DNA of 64,000 bases, from contig JBJBDC010000001.1 in NCBI GenBank assembly GCA_047285535.1, forward strand, positions 1,248,136 to 1,312,135, given 5' to 3'. The stretch comes from Synechococcus sp. (lineage in GTDB: Bacteria; Cyanobacteriota; Cyanobacteriia; PCC-6307; Cyanobiaceae). The position numbers and the translations under genes were made by a program. This document shows, piece by piece, positions 28,439 through 38,265 of this stretch. The notes beneath the pieces are model-generated. The model was not told the origin of the DNA, searched no databases, and saw only the letters and a list, made by a program, of their open reading frames with translations. Position 1 is the stretch's first letter. Each line of letters starts with the position of its first letter.

Positions 28439-29998
28439 ATGAGCGCTCCCTTTTTAACAACCACCCCCCCCCGCTACGGCAGGCAATGGCAGCAGGGTAG
28501 AACCCTGCTGGCGGTTCTTGCATGCCTGCTAGCAGCTCTAGCTCTCCTTCCCTTAGGGGGGTTGCTCGGAGAAGGACTTCGGGGATTGATTAATGGCACA
28601 GCAAGCCTCGGTGCTGATGGCTTGATTCAAATCCGAGGGACCGCGGTTCTACTGCTTGGCACAGCAAGCCTGGGTGCCGTTGTTGGCTCAGCAAACGGCT
28701 GGCTCCTCGCCAACTGCCGCTTTCCAGGTCGACGATTCCTTCGGATCGCCCAACTGCTACCACTCGCCAGCCCTTCTTACCTACTAGCTGCAACCCTTGT
28801 TGATTTAGGCAGCATCCATGGAATCCGCATCCATGGCATGAACTGGGGCGTGCTTGTCATGGCCTTAAGCACCTACCCATACGTTTTTCTTTTAAGCACT
28901 GAAAGCTTCAGCATCTGCGGCCGCCGTCAACTAGAGGCATGTCGCTGCTTGGGAGTGGGCCCTTGGGAAAGCTTTCGACGCATCGCCTTACCGATGGCCC
29001 TCCCTGCCATCGGCGCTGGAATTGCGTTAATGGGAATGGAAATTGTCAACGAGCTTGGAGCCGTACAGCTGTTGGGTATACCAAGCCTTTCAGCTGGAAT
29101 TCTCCAAGCTTGGCAACTCGAAGGCAACCCAGCAGGCGCAGTGGGACTTGCCTTAGTCACATTGATCATCGTGACTGCGCTGGTGGTATGGGAACGCAGA
29201 CTGCGCAGTCGCAGTCGTCGATGGAGCGAAGGACTAAGCGGTGGAGAATCACCAGATTGGCCCCTAACTGGAACGAGGGCATTCGCAGCTCAGTCCTTGG
29301 GATGCATTCCACCGTTTCTAAGCCTTGGCACACCACTGATCTGGGCTTTTTTCAACTTGGATCAACTCAAGAGGGGTTTCCAACCGGAGCTCTTTCTTCT
29401 GACTTTTCGCAGTCTGGGGCTAGGCCTAGCAGCTGCCGGCCTTGCATTGGCAGCTGCTTTGATTCTTGCGATTACGAAGCGTTGGAGCACTGCTCCTTGG
29501 CTGCACAGCCTCACCTTTCTCGCAGGGCTCGGGTATGCAATTCCAGGAGCAGTGCTTGCCCTTGCCTTACTGATCCTTGGTGGTCCATGGCAGCTCTCAC
29601 CGATCCTGCTTTTGATGTGGGGCTACAGCGATCGCTTTCTTGCAGTCGCAAAAGGGGGCCTGGATGCCGCCTTGGAACGGATGTCGCCAAGTCTTGACGA
29701 AGCAGCCACTGGCCTGGGCTGCAACTGGCCTGATGTTCTACGTCGGATTCACATTCCATTACTAAGAGGGCCACTGGCAGTGGGAGCACTGCTCGTCTTT
29801 GTCGACACGGTCAAAGAACTACCTCTGACATTTGCTTTGAGACCCTTTGATTTCGACACCCTTTCGGTTCGAGTGTTTCAGTACGCCAGCGACGAGAGAC
29901 TCGCGGCAGCACTGTGGCCGGCACTGATGATCCTTGGCCTCGGGCTCATCGCTTCAGCAGCCCTTGTGCCAGGCCTTGAACATCGTTCGAATGCATAA
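28439..29998 (+). CDS. futB: Iron(III) ABC transporter permease
   Basis: Duplicated permease domains with EAA-like loops (LEACRCLG, LDEAATGLG), FPGRR, YPYVFL, KELPLT..LRPF.FDTL. Confidence 0.92.
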   Translation: MSAPFLTTTPPRYGRQWQQGRTLLAVLACLLAALALLPLGGLLGEGLRGLINGTASLGADGLIQIRGTAVLLLGTASLGAVVGSANGWLLANCRFPGRRFLRIAQLLPLASPSYLLAATLVDLGSIHGIRIHGMNWGVLVMALSTYPYVFLLSTESFSICGRRQLEACRCLGVGPWESFRRIALPMALPAIGAGIALMGMEIVNELGAVQLLGIPSLSAGILQAWQLEGNPAGAVGLALVTLIIVTALVVWERRLRSRSRRWSEGLSGGESPDWPLTGTRAFAAQSLGCIPPFLSLGTPLIWAFFNLDQLKRGFQPELFLLTFRSLGLGLAAAGLALAAALILAITKRWSTAPWLHSLTFLAGLGYAIPGAVLALALLILGGPWQLSPILLLMWGYSDRFLAVAKGGLDAALERMSPSLDEAATGLGCNWPDVLRRIHIPLLRGPLAVGALLVFVDTVKELPLTFALRPFDFDTLSVRVFQYASDERLAAALWPALMILGLGLIASAALVPGLEHRSNA

Positions 29999-30029
29999 CC
30001 ACTTCCATTCTTTGGAAGGCCTGAGCTGT

Positions 30030-30965
30030 TTACCACTGCAGTCGAGCTTTCACGCGTGAATCAGCAGCAATCGAACCTGCAGCAAGACAATCGGCCAGAG
30101 TTACAACTAATCGATAACTCAGGGCAACTGCAAGCAGTGGCGCTTCTGGCACCAATGTTCCCATGCGAAACAAAAGGGCAGTTTCAAACACCCCCAAACC
30201 ACCTGGAGCCGCAGGCACCACGAGACCAGCCGTCCAGGCCAGGGAGAAGGCCGCCAGCCAAAGGCCGAGAGGCTGGACGGTTCCGAGCTCGAACGTCTGC
30301 AAACAGCACCAAAATCCAGCGAATCGGCAAAGAACGAACACCATTTCCGCCACAACTGGACACCAGGGATAAGACGCTCGTCCACTGCCCAGCTCCTCCT
30401 CCTGAATGGCCGTCATCACTCCATGATCAAAGCGGGTGAGCTGGCGCAACTTATTGGTCTCTAAACGATGCAACAAGGGTTCCCTCCAGCGAGGCACCAA
30501 GAGCACAGCAGGCAGAACAGAGAGCAATGCCAAACCATCTTGAAACCCGCCAAAAGGCACCCAAAGAAGGGCAGCAACAGCCATCACCATTGGCTCCAGC
30601 AAAACCGATACCAAGGCCTTACCTCCCCCGAGATCAGGACGTAGTGCACGAAAACGTTCGAGAAAGTGCCAAATTCCGCCAGGAAGATATTTGAGCAAGT
30701 TGCTTTTTAAATAAAGCGATACCAAGGCCACGCGTTCTGGCTGATGGCCAAGCCAATGCACCAAGACTTTCCAAGCCAAGGCATTGACCACCAAGCTGAG
30801 CCAACTCAAACCAAGCCCAAATACGAGCCACCACCACCCCTGCTTGCTGATCGTGAGAGCACGCAAGCCAGACGCATGGCTGACCAGAGCCACCCCCACA
30901 AAAGCAAGCGTGACCAAGGTGATCCAAAGACGGAGGCCACCAGGCAGAGAAAGCCGTTTCAGCAT
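30030..30965 (-). CDS. Lysylphosphatidylglycerol synthase TM / flippase-like membrane protein
   Basis: KYLPGGIW, APGGLGVFE and YRL motifs. Confidence 0.8.
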   Translation of the reverse strand: MLKRLSLPGGLRLWITLVTLAFVGVALVSHASGLRALTISKQGWWWLVFGLGLSWLSLVVNALAWKVLVHWLGHQPERVALVSLYLKSNLLKYLPGGIWHFLERFRALRPDLGGGKALVSVLLEPMVMAVAALLWVPFGGFQDGLALLSVLPAVLLVPRWREPLLHRLETNKLRQLTRFDHGVMTAIQEEELGSGRASYPWCPVVAEMVFVLCRFAGFWCCLQTFELGTVQPLGLWLAAFSLAWTAGLVVPAAPGGLGVFETALLFRMGTLVPEAPLLAVALSYRLVVTLADCLAAGSIAADSRVKARLQW

Positions 30966-32170
30966 TGCCAGTCCTCATCAGGCATAAAAACTTGGGCCTG
31001 TTGGGGAAGACGATCACGAAGCTCCACCGTGGACAGTCCAGACTCATCCGCGAGGCGTTGGAGCTCATCTTGCTCCCACTTCAAAGTGCAGCTCCCATCA
31101 GGACGTCGAGTTTGCTTGGCGCGAACGATTCCAAAGTGGGTCGAGATTTTTCCACGACGCCGAGGCAGCACCCATCGTCCCTGCTCTCGTTCCCTCAAGC
31201 CGATTGTTGAACTGTGGCGCCACCACACTTGCCTCAATTCAGCAGCTTGTTCAGGCGTTGTCAAAGCAATCACAGACGTACCAGGCCTTTGTTTTTTCAT
31301 CATCACGGCACCATGGACCACGTCCAGAGCACCCGCCAATCGCAACTGTTCAGCAAGGCTGGCCAACTCCTCAGCAGTTGCGTCATCAATCCAGGCCTCC
31401 TGCACCACAAGGGCCTGCCACCCAGCCTCGCTCCTGCTGGCATCACCAATACGGATCAAACGCAGCAGGTTGGGACGATCCAAAGCACGATGGCCGAGTC
31501 CAACACCAACCCCTTCAACCTGCATCGTTGATGGTCGACGAAATTGGTCCGCCAACACAGCCATCAGAGCTATACCGGTTGGAGTCGTCAACTCAAAAGC
31601 AGGAAAATCGTCCTCGGTGCGGAGCGGTATCTGATGTCGCTGCGCCAATTCCAACACTGCAGGAACTGGCACAGGAAGAATCCCGTGTGCTGTCGTGACC
31701 CGACCATGGCCGACAGGGGGTGCATTGCAGTAAATCGAACCAGGAGAAAGTGCCTCAACAGCAGCGCAGACTCCGATGACATCCACCAAGCTATCGATGG
31801 CGCCAATCTCATGGAAATGCACCTGATCAGGAGCACAACCATGCACAGTTGCTTCCGCCTCAGCCAAAGCCTCAAAGACGCGCAAAACATTGGTCTTTAA
31901 ACCATCAGACAAAGACGCGTCAGAAATCAGCTGGCGCAGATCAAACCAGCTGCGATGGGGTGGATTTGATTCCTGAGTCATGACCGTGAGCCGAAGCCCT
32001 CGCAATCCTCCGCTGTCAGACTGCTCAACCCTGAATCGATAAGCGTTTCCAAGACCGAGCGCCTGCATGGGCTCATGGACAACAGATTCAGGCACTCCCA
32101 AATCAAGGAATGCAGACAACAACATGTCCCCGGCCAGACCCGTTGGACAATCAATTACCAATGCACTCAT
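30959..32170 (-). CDS. larC: LarC-family nickel pincer cofactor biosynthesis protein
   Basis: DCPTGLAGDM, AEATVHG, VHFHEIGAIDS, HG.LPVPVPA, ELTTPTG, MKKQRPG. Confidence 0.93.
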   Translation of the reverse strand: MSALVIDCPTGLAGDMLLSAFLDLGVPESVVHEPMQALGLGNAYRFRVEQSDSGGLRGLRLTVMTQESNPPHRSWFDLRQLISDASLSDGLKTNVLRVFEALAEAEATVHGCAPDQVHFHEIGAIDSLVDVIGVCAAVEALSPGSIYCNAPPVGHGRVTTAHGILPVPVPAVLELAQRHQIPLRTEDDFPAFELTTPTGIALMAVLADQFRRPSTMQVEGVGVGLGHRALDRPNLLRLIRIGDASRSEAGWQALVVQEAWIDDATAEELASLAEQLRLAGALDVVHGAVMMKKQRPGTSVIALTTPEQAAELRQVWWRHSSTIGLREREQGRWVLPRRRGKISTHFGIVRAKQTRRPDGSCTLKWEQDELQRLADESGLSTVELRDRLPQQAQVFMPDEDWQC

Positions 32171-32805
32171 GCCGCCTCTGGATGGAGGCCATCCAGCAAC
32201 CTGTCGGCAATGGATTCAATCTGGGTGCGTCGAGAACGTAGAAGCTGTTCCACCTCTCGACGAGCCCTGCGCTGCTCTCGCTGCGCTGTTTCCGCGTCCT
32301 GGCCAGAAACCCCCCACATTCGTCCCAACAGAGCCCTGTCATCTGCGCCCCCTTGAGGGGAGCCATCAAGCAGCATCTCTGCAGCCATCCCAGCCTGAAG
32401 AACCCGGCTCCAGCGGCGCAAGTCTTCCAGAGACAACCGAGCACGATCGGGAAGTGCAAATTCCGTCACACCGTTACAGCGCAATCCCGCCTTAAGGCAT
32501 CCACGAGTTCCAACGAGCACCCTCTTAACCACAAGGTCTTCTTCCTGCGCGACTAACCAATGACCAGCCTCGTGAAAGGCGATTCTGCGAAGTCTTTTTC
32601 GCCCACCGGGAAGAGATTCGGCAAGAAGATGCCCTCCCATGCCATCGAGCTGAGAAGCATCCAAGGTGAGGCCGAGCAGAGCACCTCCTACGCCGAGGGC
32701 TATCCATGCTGTCGAGAGTCCCATCAAAGGACCGAATACGGCCAAACCTGTTGCACTAGCCACCGCCACACCGGCGGTGGTGTTGAAGACGGGAGAAGAA
32801 GGCAT
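32167..32805 (-). CDS. Conserved hypothetical protein with HEAGH (M41-like Zn protease domain)
   Basis: RIAFHEAGHWLVA, AGMAAE, GGADD. Confidence 0.8.
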   Translation of the reverse strand: MPSSPVFNTTAGVAVASATGLAVFGPLMGLSTAWIALGVGGALLGLTLDASQLDGMGGHLLAESLPGGRKRLRRIAFHEAGHWLVAQEEDLVVKRVLVGTRGCLKAGLRCNGVTEFALPDRARLSLEDLRRWSRVLQAGMAAEMLLDGSPQGGADDRALLGRMWGVSGQDAETAQREQRRARREVEQLLRSRRTQIESIADRLLDGLHPEAA

Positions 32806-33431
32806 CAGGTCTTGGCAGCTCTTGGACGAGCACCTCTCTTACGAGCTCCGTCACGAGCTTTTCCTCCCCGCGTAGGCATCGGGGCGATCACTTCAACGGT
32901 CTCAACGGCTAGGAGCTGTCCCTGGCGACGGACATCGAGGCTGACGAAATGGCGAAGATGCTCAATCGAAACCTCTCCTCTGAGCTGAACCTTGAACGGC
33001 AATGGGCGAAATCCATCGGCTCTGGGCAATTGCCGTACTTTCACAACGAGCTCATCGGCTTCTGGCTTCGTGAAGATCAATTCCCCGCGAATCGAGAAAA
33101 AATCATCCCCCTCAGGTAGTCGATCCTCTGAAGTATCAATGTTAGAAAGTGTGCTCGGCTCCCAGATCCCAGCAATTTGAAGGTGTAACTGGTCAGTCTC
33201 ACGGCAGCGTGGATACACCACCCAGAGATGGGGCTTTGTCATGTCGAGATGACGGCGCATCAGAGTGAGCATTCGGCCAAGAACGACAGCCTCAACTTCG
33301 GTGCCATCAGAATCAATTACGACTCCGCGGGTGAGCTGATCATCGGATTCAGGTCGATAAATGCCCCTCACTACACCGATAGCCCGGTACTGAAGGGGTT
33401 CTGTGACCGGGGAAATAGGATGGTCGCGCAT
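32805..33431 (-). CDS. Conserved cyanobacterial hypothetical protein
   Basis: HPISPVTEPLQYRAIG, HLWVVYPR, LQIAGIWEPSTL, FSIRGE; ATG at 33431 avoids overlap with the opposite gene. Confidence 0.8.
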   Translation of the reverse strand: MRDHPISPVTEPLQYRAIGVVRGIYRPESDDQLTRGVVIDSDGTEVEAVVLGRMLTLMRRHLDMTKPHLWVVYPRCRETDQLHLQIAGIWEPSTLSNIDTSEDRLPEGDDFFSIRGELIFTKPEADELVVKVRQLPRADGFRPLPFKVQLRGEVSIEHLRHFVSLDVRRQGQLLAVETVEVIAPMPTRGGKARDGARKRGARPRAAKT

Positions 33432-33543
33432 TTCCTGTGAGTGGCTTCCATTGGCCTCCAACGACTCTAGCCAGCTCAGGGAAATCGATTCAAAGTGGTC
33501 GCAGCACTCATAAATCAGATTGCCCGGCTTTAGCCGACCAACA

Positions 33544-34233
33544 ATGGTTCGAACTGGATTGTTGATGGGGTTAGGAGTATTCCTAGCCCTGATCACAGGC
33601 TGGTTGCTGGCCCAATCACTCCGCCCCAATCCACAGGCCAACGCCTTAAAACGGCCCCTCATCAAAAAAGAAACTTCAAGGGACCAGACCCGTCAACGAT
33701 TGGTGCAACTCATCCGCTCCCATCCAGGCGACTGGCGGTGGCGCTTTCTGTTGGCACGCATGAAGTTCCAGCAAGATGATCGTGAGGGGGCAATGCGTGA
33801 GCTCATGATCCTTCAAGCGTTGTGGCCCAATCGCCCTGAAATACAGGATCTAAAACTTTTGATGGTTGTGGGAACAGAGTCTCAGACCTCTGCCTTGAAT
33901 CAAATACTTGAGCACTTCAAGAAACAACCGAAGGGGGAAAGGCTCTCGCTTGGATTGCGCTTGGCTGATCTGCAAAGACTCACCGGCAACGACAAGGCAG
34001 CAATCGCGACCTATCGATTGCTAGCTGCAGAATCTCCCGAAAACATGCAACCTCTTCTGGCTTTGGCTTTGCTCCATCGAGAGAAAGGCCAGGTGCAGCA
34101 ATCTCAAAAGCTTTTAGTGAACTTGCGCAATCGCATATCCATCAGCAAAAAAGACAAGCAGGATCTCGATCAGATCGCCGTTCGTTGGGCCCTTGAGTCA
34201 GCCCGCGTTACTCATCGAGTTATTAATCAATAA
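33544..34233 (+). CDS. Membrane-anchored TPR-like protein
   Basis: N-terminal TM followed by helical repeats (AIATYRLLAAESPENMQPLLALALL). Confidence 0.65.
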   Translation: MVRTGLLMGLGVFLALITGWLLAQSLRPNPQANALKRPLIKKETSRDQTRQRLVQLIRSHPGDWRWRFLLARMKFQQDDREGAMRELMILQALWPNRPEIQDLKLLMVVGTESQTSALNQILEHFKKQPKGERLSLGLRLADLQRLTGNDKAAIATYRLLAAESPENMQPLLALALLHREKGQVQQSQKLLVNLRNRISISKKDKQDLDQIAVRWALESARVTHRVINQ

Positions 34234-34272
34234 CGGATCAAGATTCCAATCAATCTGAACTAGCCAAGCAAC

Positions 34273-34596
34273 TTAAGGAGCCGATTGGGGGGACGACTCC
34301 AAAGCCTTTAAAGCGGCATCAATGGCATCCGATGGAGGAGTGGCATCATTCATGGAATTTGCCCTCCTAAGCTGATTCAACAAATCCATAGGATTAGTGG
34401 CATCAAGCAGTGATTTCTTGTCCTGTTGGCCTGGCAGGGTCTGGAATACATCCCGCTCCGCGGGAGATTGATAATCGCTATTCAACGAGTTTTGCTGAGC
34501 CCAAGCATCAGTTCCAGGTACGAGCAAGAAAACGCTGAGGATGCCTAGAAGGAAGGGGCTCAAAGACGTAAGCGATTGCACAAGCTCATCTCCCAA
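34273..34596 (-). CDS. Conserved secreted hypothetical protein
   Basis: Signal-like N-terminus; LLDATNPMDLLNQLRR...DATPPSDAIDAAL. Confidence 0.7.
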   Translation of the reverse strand: MGDELVQSLTSLSPFLLGILSVFLLVPGTDAWAQQNSLNSDYQSPAERDVFQTLPGQQDKKSLLDATNPMDLLNQLRRANSMNDATPPSDAIDAALKALESSPQSAP

Positions 34597-34686
34597 GTCA
34601 ACGGGCTGATACTAATAGCCTTTACAAGACTCCGATCCTGCCGCGTCAATTGCAAGCTGGCATTCAATTTACCAACGAGACAACCA

Positions 34687-37380
34687 AGAACCCAGCTTTA
34701 GCAATAGATCTGAGAGAACATTAAAAGCTGTTGGACCTACTATCTGAAGCTACAAGTAGCTACAAAAGTGGCGGTCAAATAACTGGATCTATCACACCAC
34801 ACTGCTGCCTTCATGGCCATCAGCTGCTCCAAGTCATCCAGCAGTCCATCATCCGTATCAGCCACTGCCTTGCCTTGAGTAATAAGGTTACGCAGGTCTG
34901 CTTAGCAAACCGGAGGGGAAGGAGCTGGTGCTGAAGCGTTCTGTTCTGCCAGCACAGCCTTGCCCAGATCACCTAGAGCACTACTTAGAAGCTAATGCTG
35001 CCGTTTCGCACAAGCCTGTGCTTGATCAAGCACCTGGGGGTTAAGGCTGCTGCCAAAGGCTGCAGCATCAGTCCTGTTAGTGCTGAATGAGCTGGACACC
35101 GAGCGAATGCAATTAAGCGACTGGGCAACAGATAGTGACCCACATAAAAGGTCATAGCCCTCAAGGGATATAGATGAAAATGGGTCTCCACAAAAAAAGA
35201 ACGGTTGCATTCTCAATGACCGTTCCTTAGGGGTGTGAGGTGAAGCGCATGCTCCCCAGCTCGCTTCAGCATCAATATGAATGCAATTGAGTGGGTAACA
35301 GTGGATGAAGGTGAGTTCATCGCCTTTTGAACATCGCCTTACGCATCGGGAACAAACACACAGCTGGCAAAACTCTGCGCTGCAACGGACAACCCAATAG
35401 GGGCAAGAACTCTGCTTCTTGAAGACCAAGGCTTAGGGCCAGCCAGCCAGATGGTGTACGTCAATGTTTTCACGTAAAAGAGATGACCGGCTTGAAAAGC
35501 TAAGCAAAAAGCAGAGCAACGAAGTCAATAATGGCTTCATGACCTAAAGACGATGGAATCTGTGTGCACCCTCCATTTGAAACCAATGAACGTTCCTATC
35601 AGATTCCTGAATTCGTCATTAGGATTCTGAAATCTATTAACCACAAATTCCCTGAAGATTCTAAACAAAAGACAATCCTATTTCTGTTAAGCATCTTTTG
35701 ATGCTATGTCTAGGCTTGATGGCAATGTGGCTATCAACCGGTATTATTTTTGGCGCGTGAGCAAGGGGTAAGCTTTGCGTGAATCAAACCGGCAACCTTT
35801 TCGTCACCACTGACTCACTTTGACTGCATGAATTAGCTCACTTCCACGCAATTGAAAAATCCAATCGCAATCAAAAACCGCATGAGGCCATTAATCACAA
35901 CACTAGGCCCGTTTGGATCGCTGCTTTCTGTCTTGCATTTCCGCTGATTGGATTGGGTGACTTCTAGCCTTAATTATTGATGGAGATTTAAGTCTTATAT
36001 CGTTTTGCTTTTAGGAGCATGTCGCAATTTTAATTGAGACCAGATGCTGACTCAATCGAGCAGCTCCATCACCCTGGCCACATCTGACCATGAAGGCCTT
36101 GTATACGCCTTTAACACCTTTGACATCCCAGACTGTGCATGTCTAGTTATTTCATAAAGGATACAAGGGGAGACACTATGAATCCCAAGCTGAGCAACAA
36201 CATGTGAACGCAAAGCACGACTCTTAATGCCATAGCGTTTCTTGCAGTTCACTGACCATCGGTGACTAAATAGCTTTAGAGAAGGATCATAAGATTTAGG
36301 AAAGACAAGCTCATGCGATGTATTCTTAATTACTTCAGGCAGCAGCTCTTCTAAAACTGCTTTTAGCTTTGAGCAAATAGGAACTTTTCGTACATCTTTT
36401 GCTCCACCTTTCAGCCTTCGTTCAATCGCTTCAGTTTGCCATTCAACAAAGCTTATCGACAATTTGGACATGTCTATGTCGCAATATCTCAAACCTTGGT
36501 GATCCGTAGCTCGACAACCTGTATAAAGTTGCAGGAAAAATCCTAGGTCTTTCAACATCAATGCTTTTTGCTTGGCTTGTTCAAGCACTAGGGGATCTAA
36601 AGATTCTTGTTTATCTGATGTCTTTAAGTTTTTCTTGAGGCCAGACCAAACATTAGTTCTAACTTCTCCTATATCAATAGCCCACGCCCAGAACGCAATT
36701 AGTGTTCCTAATTCAGTCTTGACACTAGAAGGCTTCTTTTGTTCAAGAAGATAGGCTTTGTATACAGCTGCTTGTTTTCGATCAATACCATCCAAATAGT
36801 CACTGCCGTACCACTCAGCCAACCGCTTTAAGCGTCCACGCCAAGACTGCTCTGTCGTAGCGGCTGGCTGTTCTGCTTTGAGTCGCCGGTCAATCCACAT
36901 CAGGTAGCTAGTAGAGCCCCTATGAGCAGCTTCCAGGGGCTTGCGCAGCTTCTGTCGCGCGGCAAAGGGCAATCCCTGCTTCTCAAGCTCCTCACAGCTG
37001 GAAAGAACGGAATTGATTTGATCTTCAGTGAGGCCGATGCTCTTCAGGCGTTGATCAAGACGACCAAGAAAGTTCTCGTCAACATGAGGTCCTCCGTCTT
37101 GCTCACCCGCTTGACCAATGGGATCTAAGCCACGCTTGTCTTGAAAGTGCTTGTCAATCTCGCGCAGAATTCGAGTTCTGTTGTTGAGAGCTTCAGCGTG
37201 GGTCTTACCAGCTTTCCTAACGACACTACTGGTACCCATCACCTTTCTGAGTGGGTTAGGCACAGCAACACGGATGTAGAAGCCGCTTCGGCCTGGGATA
37301 GTTGTAATGGCTCCCATAACCAACCAGTGTATCTACAAACTGTACCTACACTGACTCCGCAGATCCCAGTTCAGCACTAG
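34687..37380. mobile_element. Small decayed integrative element carrying a tyrosine integrase
   Basis: Imperfect direct repeats agaacccagctttagcaatag (34687-34707) and agatcccagttcagcactag (37361-37380); short TGnAnCTACA-like repeats just inside both ends. Confidence 0.55.
36052..37323 (-). CDS. Phage-type tyrosine recombinase/integrase with a DUF6538-like N-terminal domain
   Basis: FYIRVAVP..LR..MG N-terminus; catalytic box YTGCR, RKVPI, SRALRS, TRH....YTR. Confidence 0.85.
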   Translation of the reverse strand: MVMGAITTIPGRSGFYIRVAVPNPLRKVMGTSSVVRKAGKTHAEALNNRTRILREIDKHFQDKRGLDPIGQAGEQDGGPHVDENFLGRLDQRLKSIGLTEDQINSVLSSCEELEKQGLPFAARQKLRKPLEAAHRGSTSYLMWIDRRLKAEQPAATTEQSWRGRLKRLAEWYGSDYLDGIDRKQAAVYKAYLLEQKKPSSVKTELGTLIAFWAWAIDIGEVRTNVWSGLKKNLKTSDKQESLDPLVLEQAKQKALMLKDLGFFLQLYTGCRATDHQGLRYCDIDMSKLSISFVEWQTEAIERRLKGGAKDVRKVPICSKLKAVLEELLPEVIKNTSHELVFPKSYDPSLKLFSHRWSVNCKKRYGIKSRALRSHVVAQLGIHSVSPCILYEITRHAQSGMSKVLKAYTRPSWSDVARVMELLD

Positions 37381-37401
37381 TCACAATCGTTTTCGTTCGC
37401 C

Positions 37402-38226
37402 ATGAAGATAGCCAGCTGGAATGTCAATTCAGTGCGCACTCGCCTGGATCATGTTCTGAATTGGCTTGAGCAAACGGGATCAGACCTGCTGGCATTACAA
37501 GAGACAAAAGTGGATGATCCCCAGTTTCCAATAGAGCCATTTCTCCAAAGGGGATATCAAGTTCAGATTTACGGACAAAAGGCCTACAACGGCGTTGCCC
37601 TGATCAGTCGCACACCCCTTGAAGATGTTCGTAGGGGTTTCGTGGGGGAACTGGCCGACGACAAGGAGGCGCAGTCGCTTGATTCTCAAAAGCGTGTCAT
37701 CAGCGCACTGATCGATGGCATCCGCATCGTGAATTTATACGTCCCCAATGGTTCAAGTCTGAGCTCTGATAAGTACGGCTACAAGCTCAATTGGCTGTCC
37801 TGCCTTGGGCGCTACCTCAGAGCCGTGACAACACGAGAGGAACCACTCTGCGTGATGGGAGATTTCAATATCGGTCTTGAAGCTCGAGACCTCCCTGATC
37901 CAGAACGTTTATCCGGTGGAATCATGGCCTCAGATCGTGAAAGGGATGCTTTAACGACAGCGCTTGGTCCCGATCTTCAGGATGCATTCCGACTCTTTGA
38001 ACCCAACAGTGGCCATTGGAGCTGGTGGGATTACCGCAGTGGGGCTTGGGATAGGGACCGCGGCTGGCGTATCGATCACATTTACCTCAATGAAACGCTT
38101 CGAGAGTTAGCTCGAAGCTGCTTCATCGATAAACAAGAACGAGGACGAATCCAACCCAGCGATCATGCACCTGTTCAGGTGGACCTTGCCTGGGAGTTTG
38201 AGGAGGATGAAGAGAACGAGGACTGA
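37402..38226 (+). CDS. xth: Exodeoxyribonuclease III
   Basis: IASWNVNSVR, LQETK, YNGVA, GDFN, WWDYR, RIDHI, SDHAPV. Confidence 0.97.
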   Translation: MKIASWNVNSVRTRLDHVLNWLEQTGSDLLALQETKVDDPQFPIEPFLQRGYQVQIYGQKAYNGVALISRTPLEDVRRGFVGELADDKEAQSLDSQKRVISALIDGIRIVNLYVPNGSSLSSDKYGYKLNWLSCLGRYLRAVTTREEPLCVMGDFNIGLEARDLPDPERLSGGIMASDRERDALTTALGPDLQDAFRLFEPNSGHWSWWDYRSGAWDRDRGWRIDHIYLNETLRELARSCFIDKQERGRIQPSDHAPVQVDLAWEFEEDEENED

Positions 38227-38265
38227 TGAATGGCGTGAACGCTTTCCATTGAGAATGCGATTCGG

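Noticed and set aside
30744..31698. Long plus-strand ORFs (296 aa and 164 aa) overlapping larC
   Set aside because: Antisense shadows of a well-supported gene; the same applies to most overlapping ORFs in the track
33432..33665. N-terminal extension of the 286-aa ORF
   Set aside because: Overlaps the opposite-strand TPR-like gene; conserved sequence starts at MRDHPI (33431)
34992..35429. Cys-rich 145-aa ORF inside the integrase element
   Set aside because: No recognisable family; the frame continues through stops, so it looks like decayed sequence
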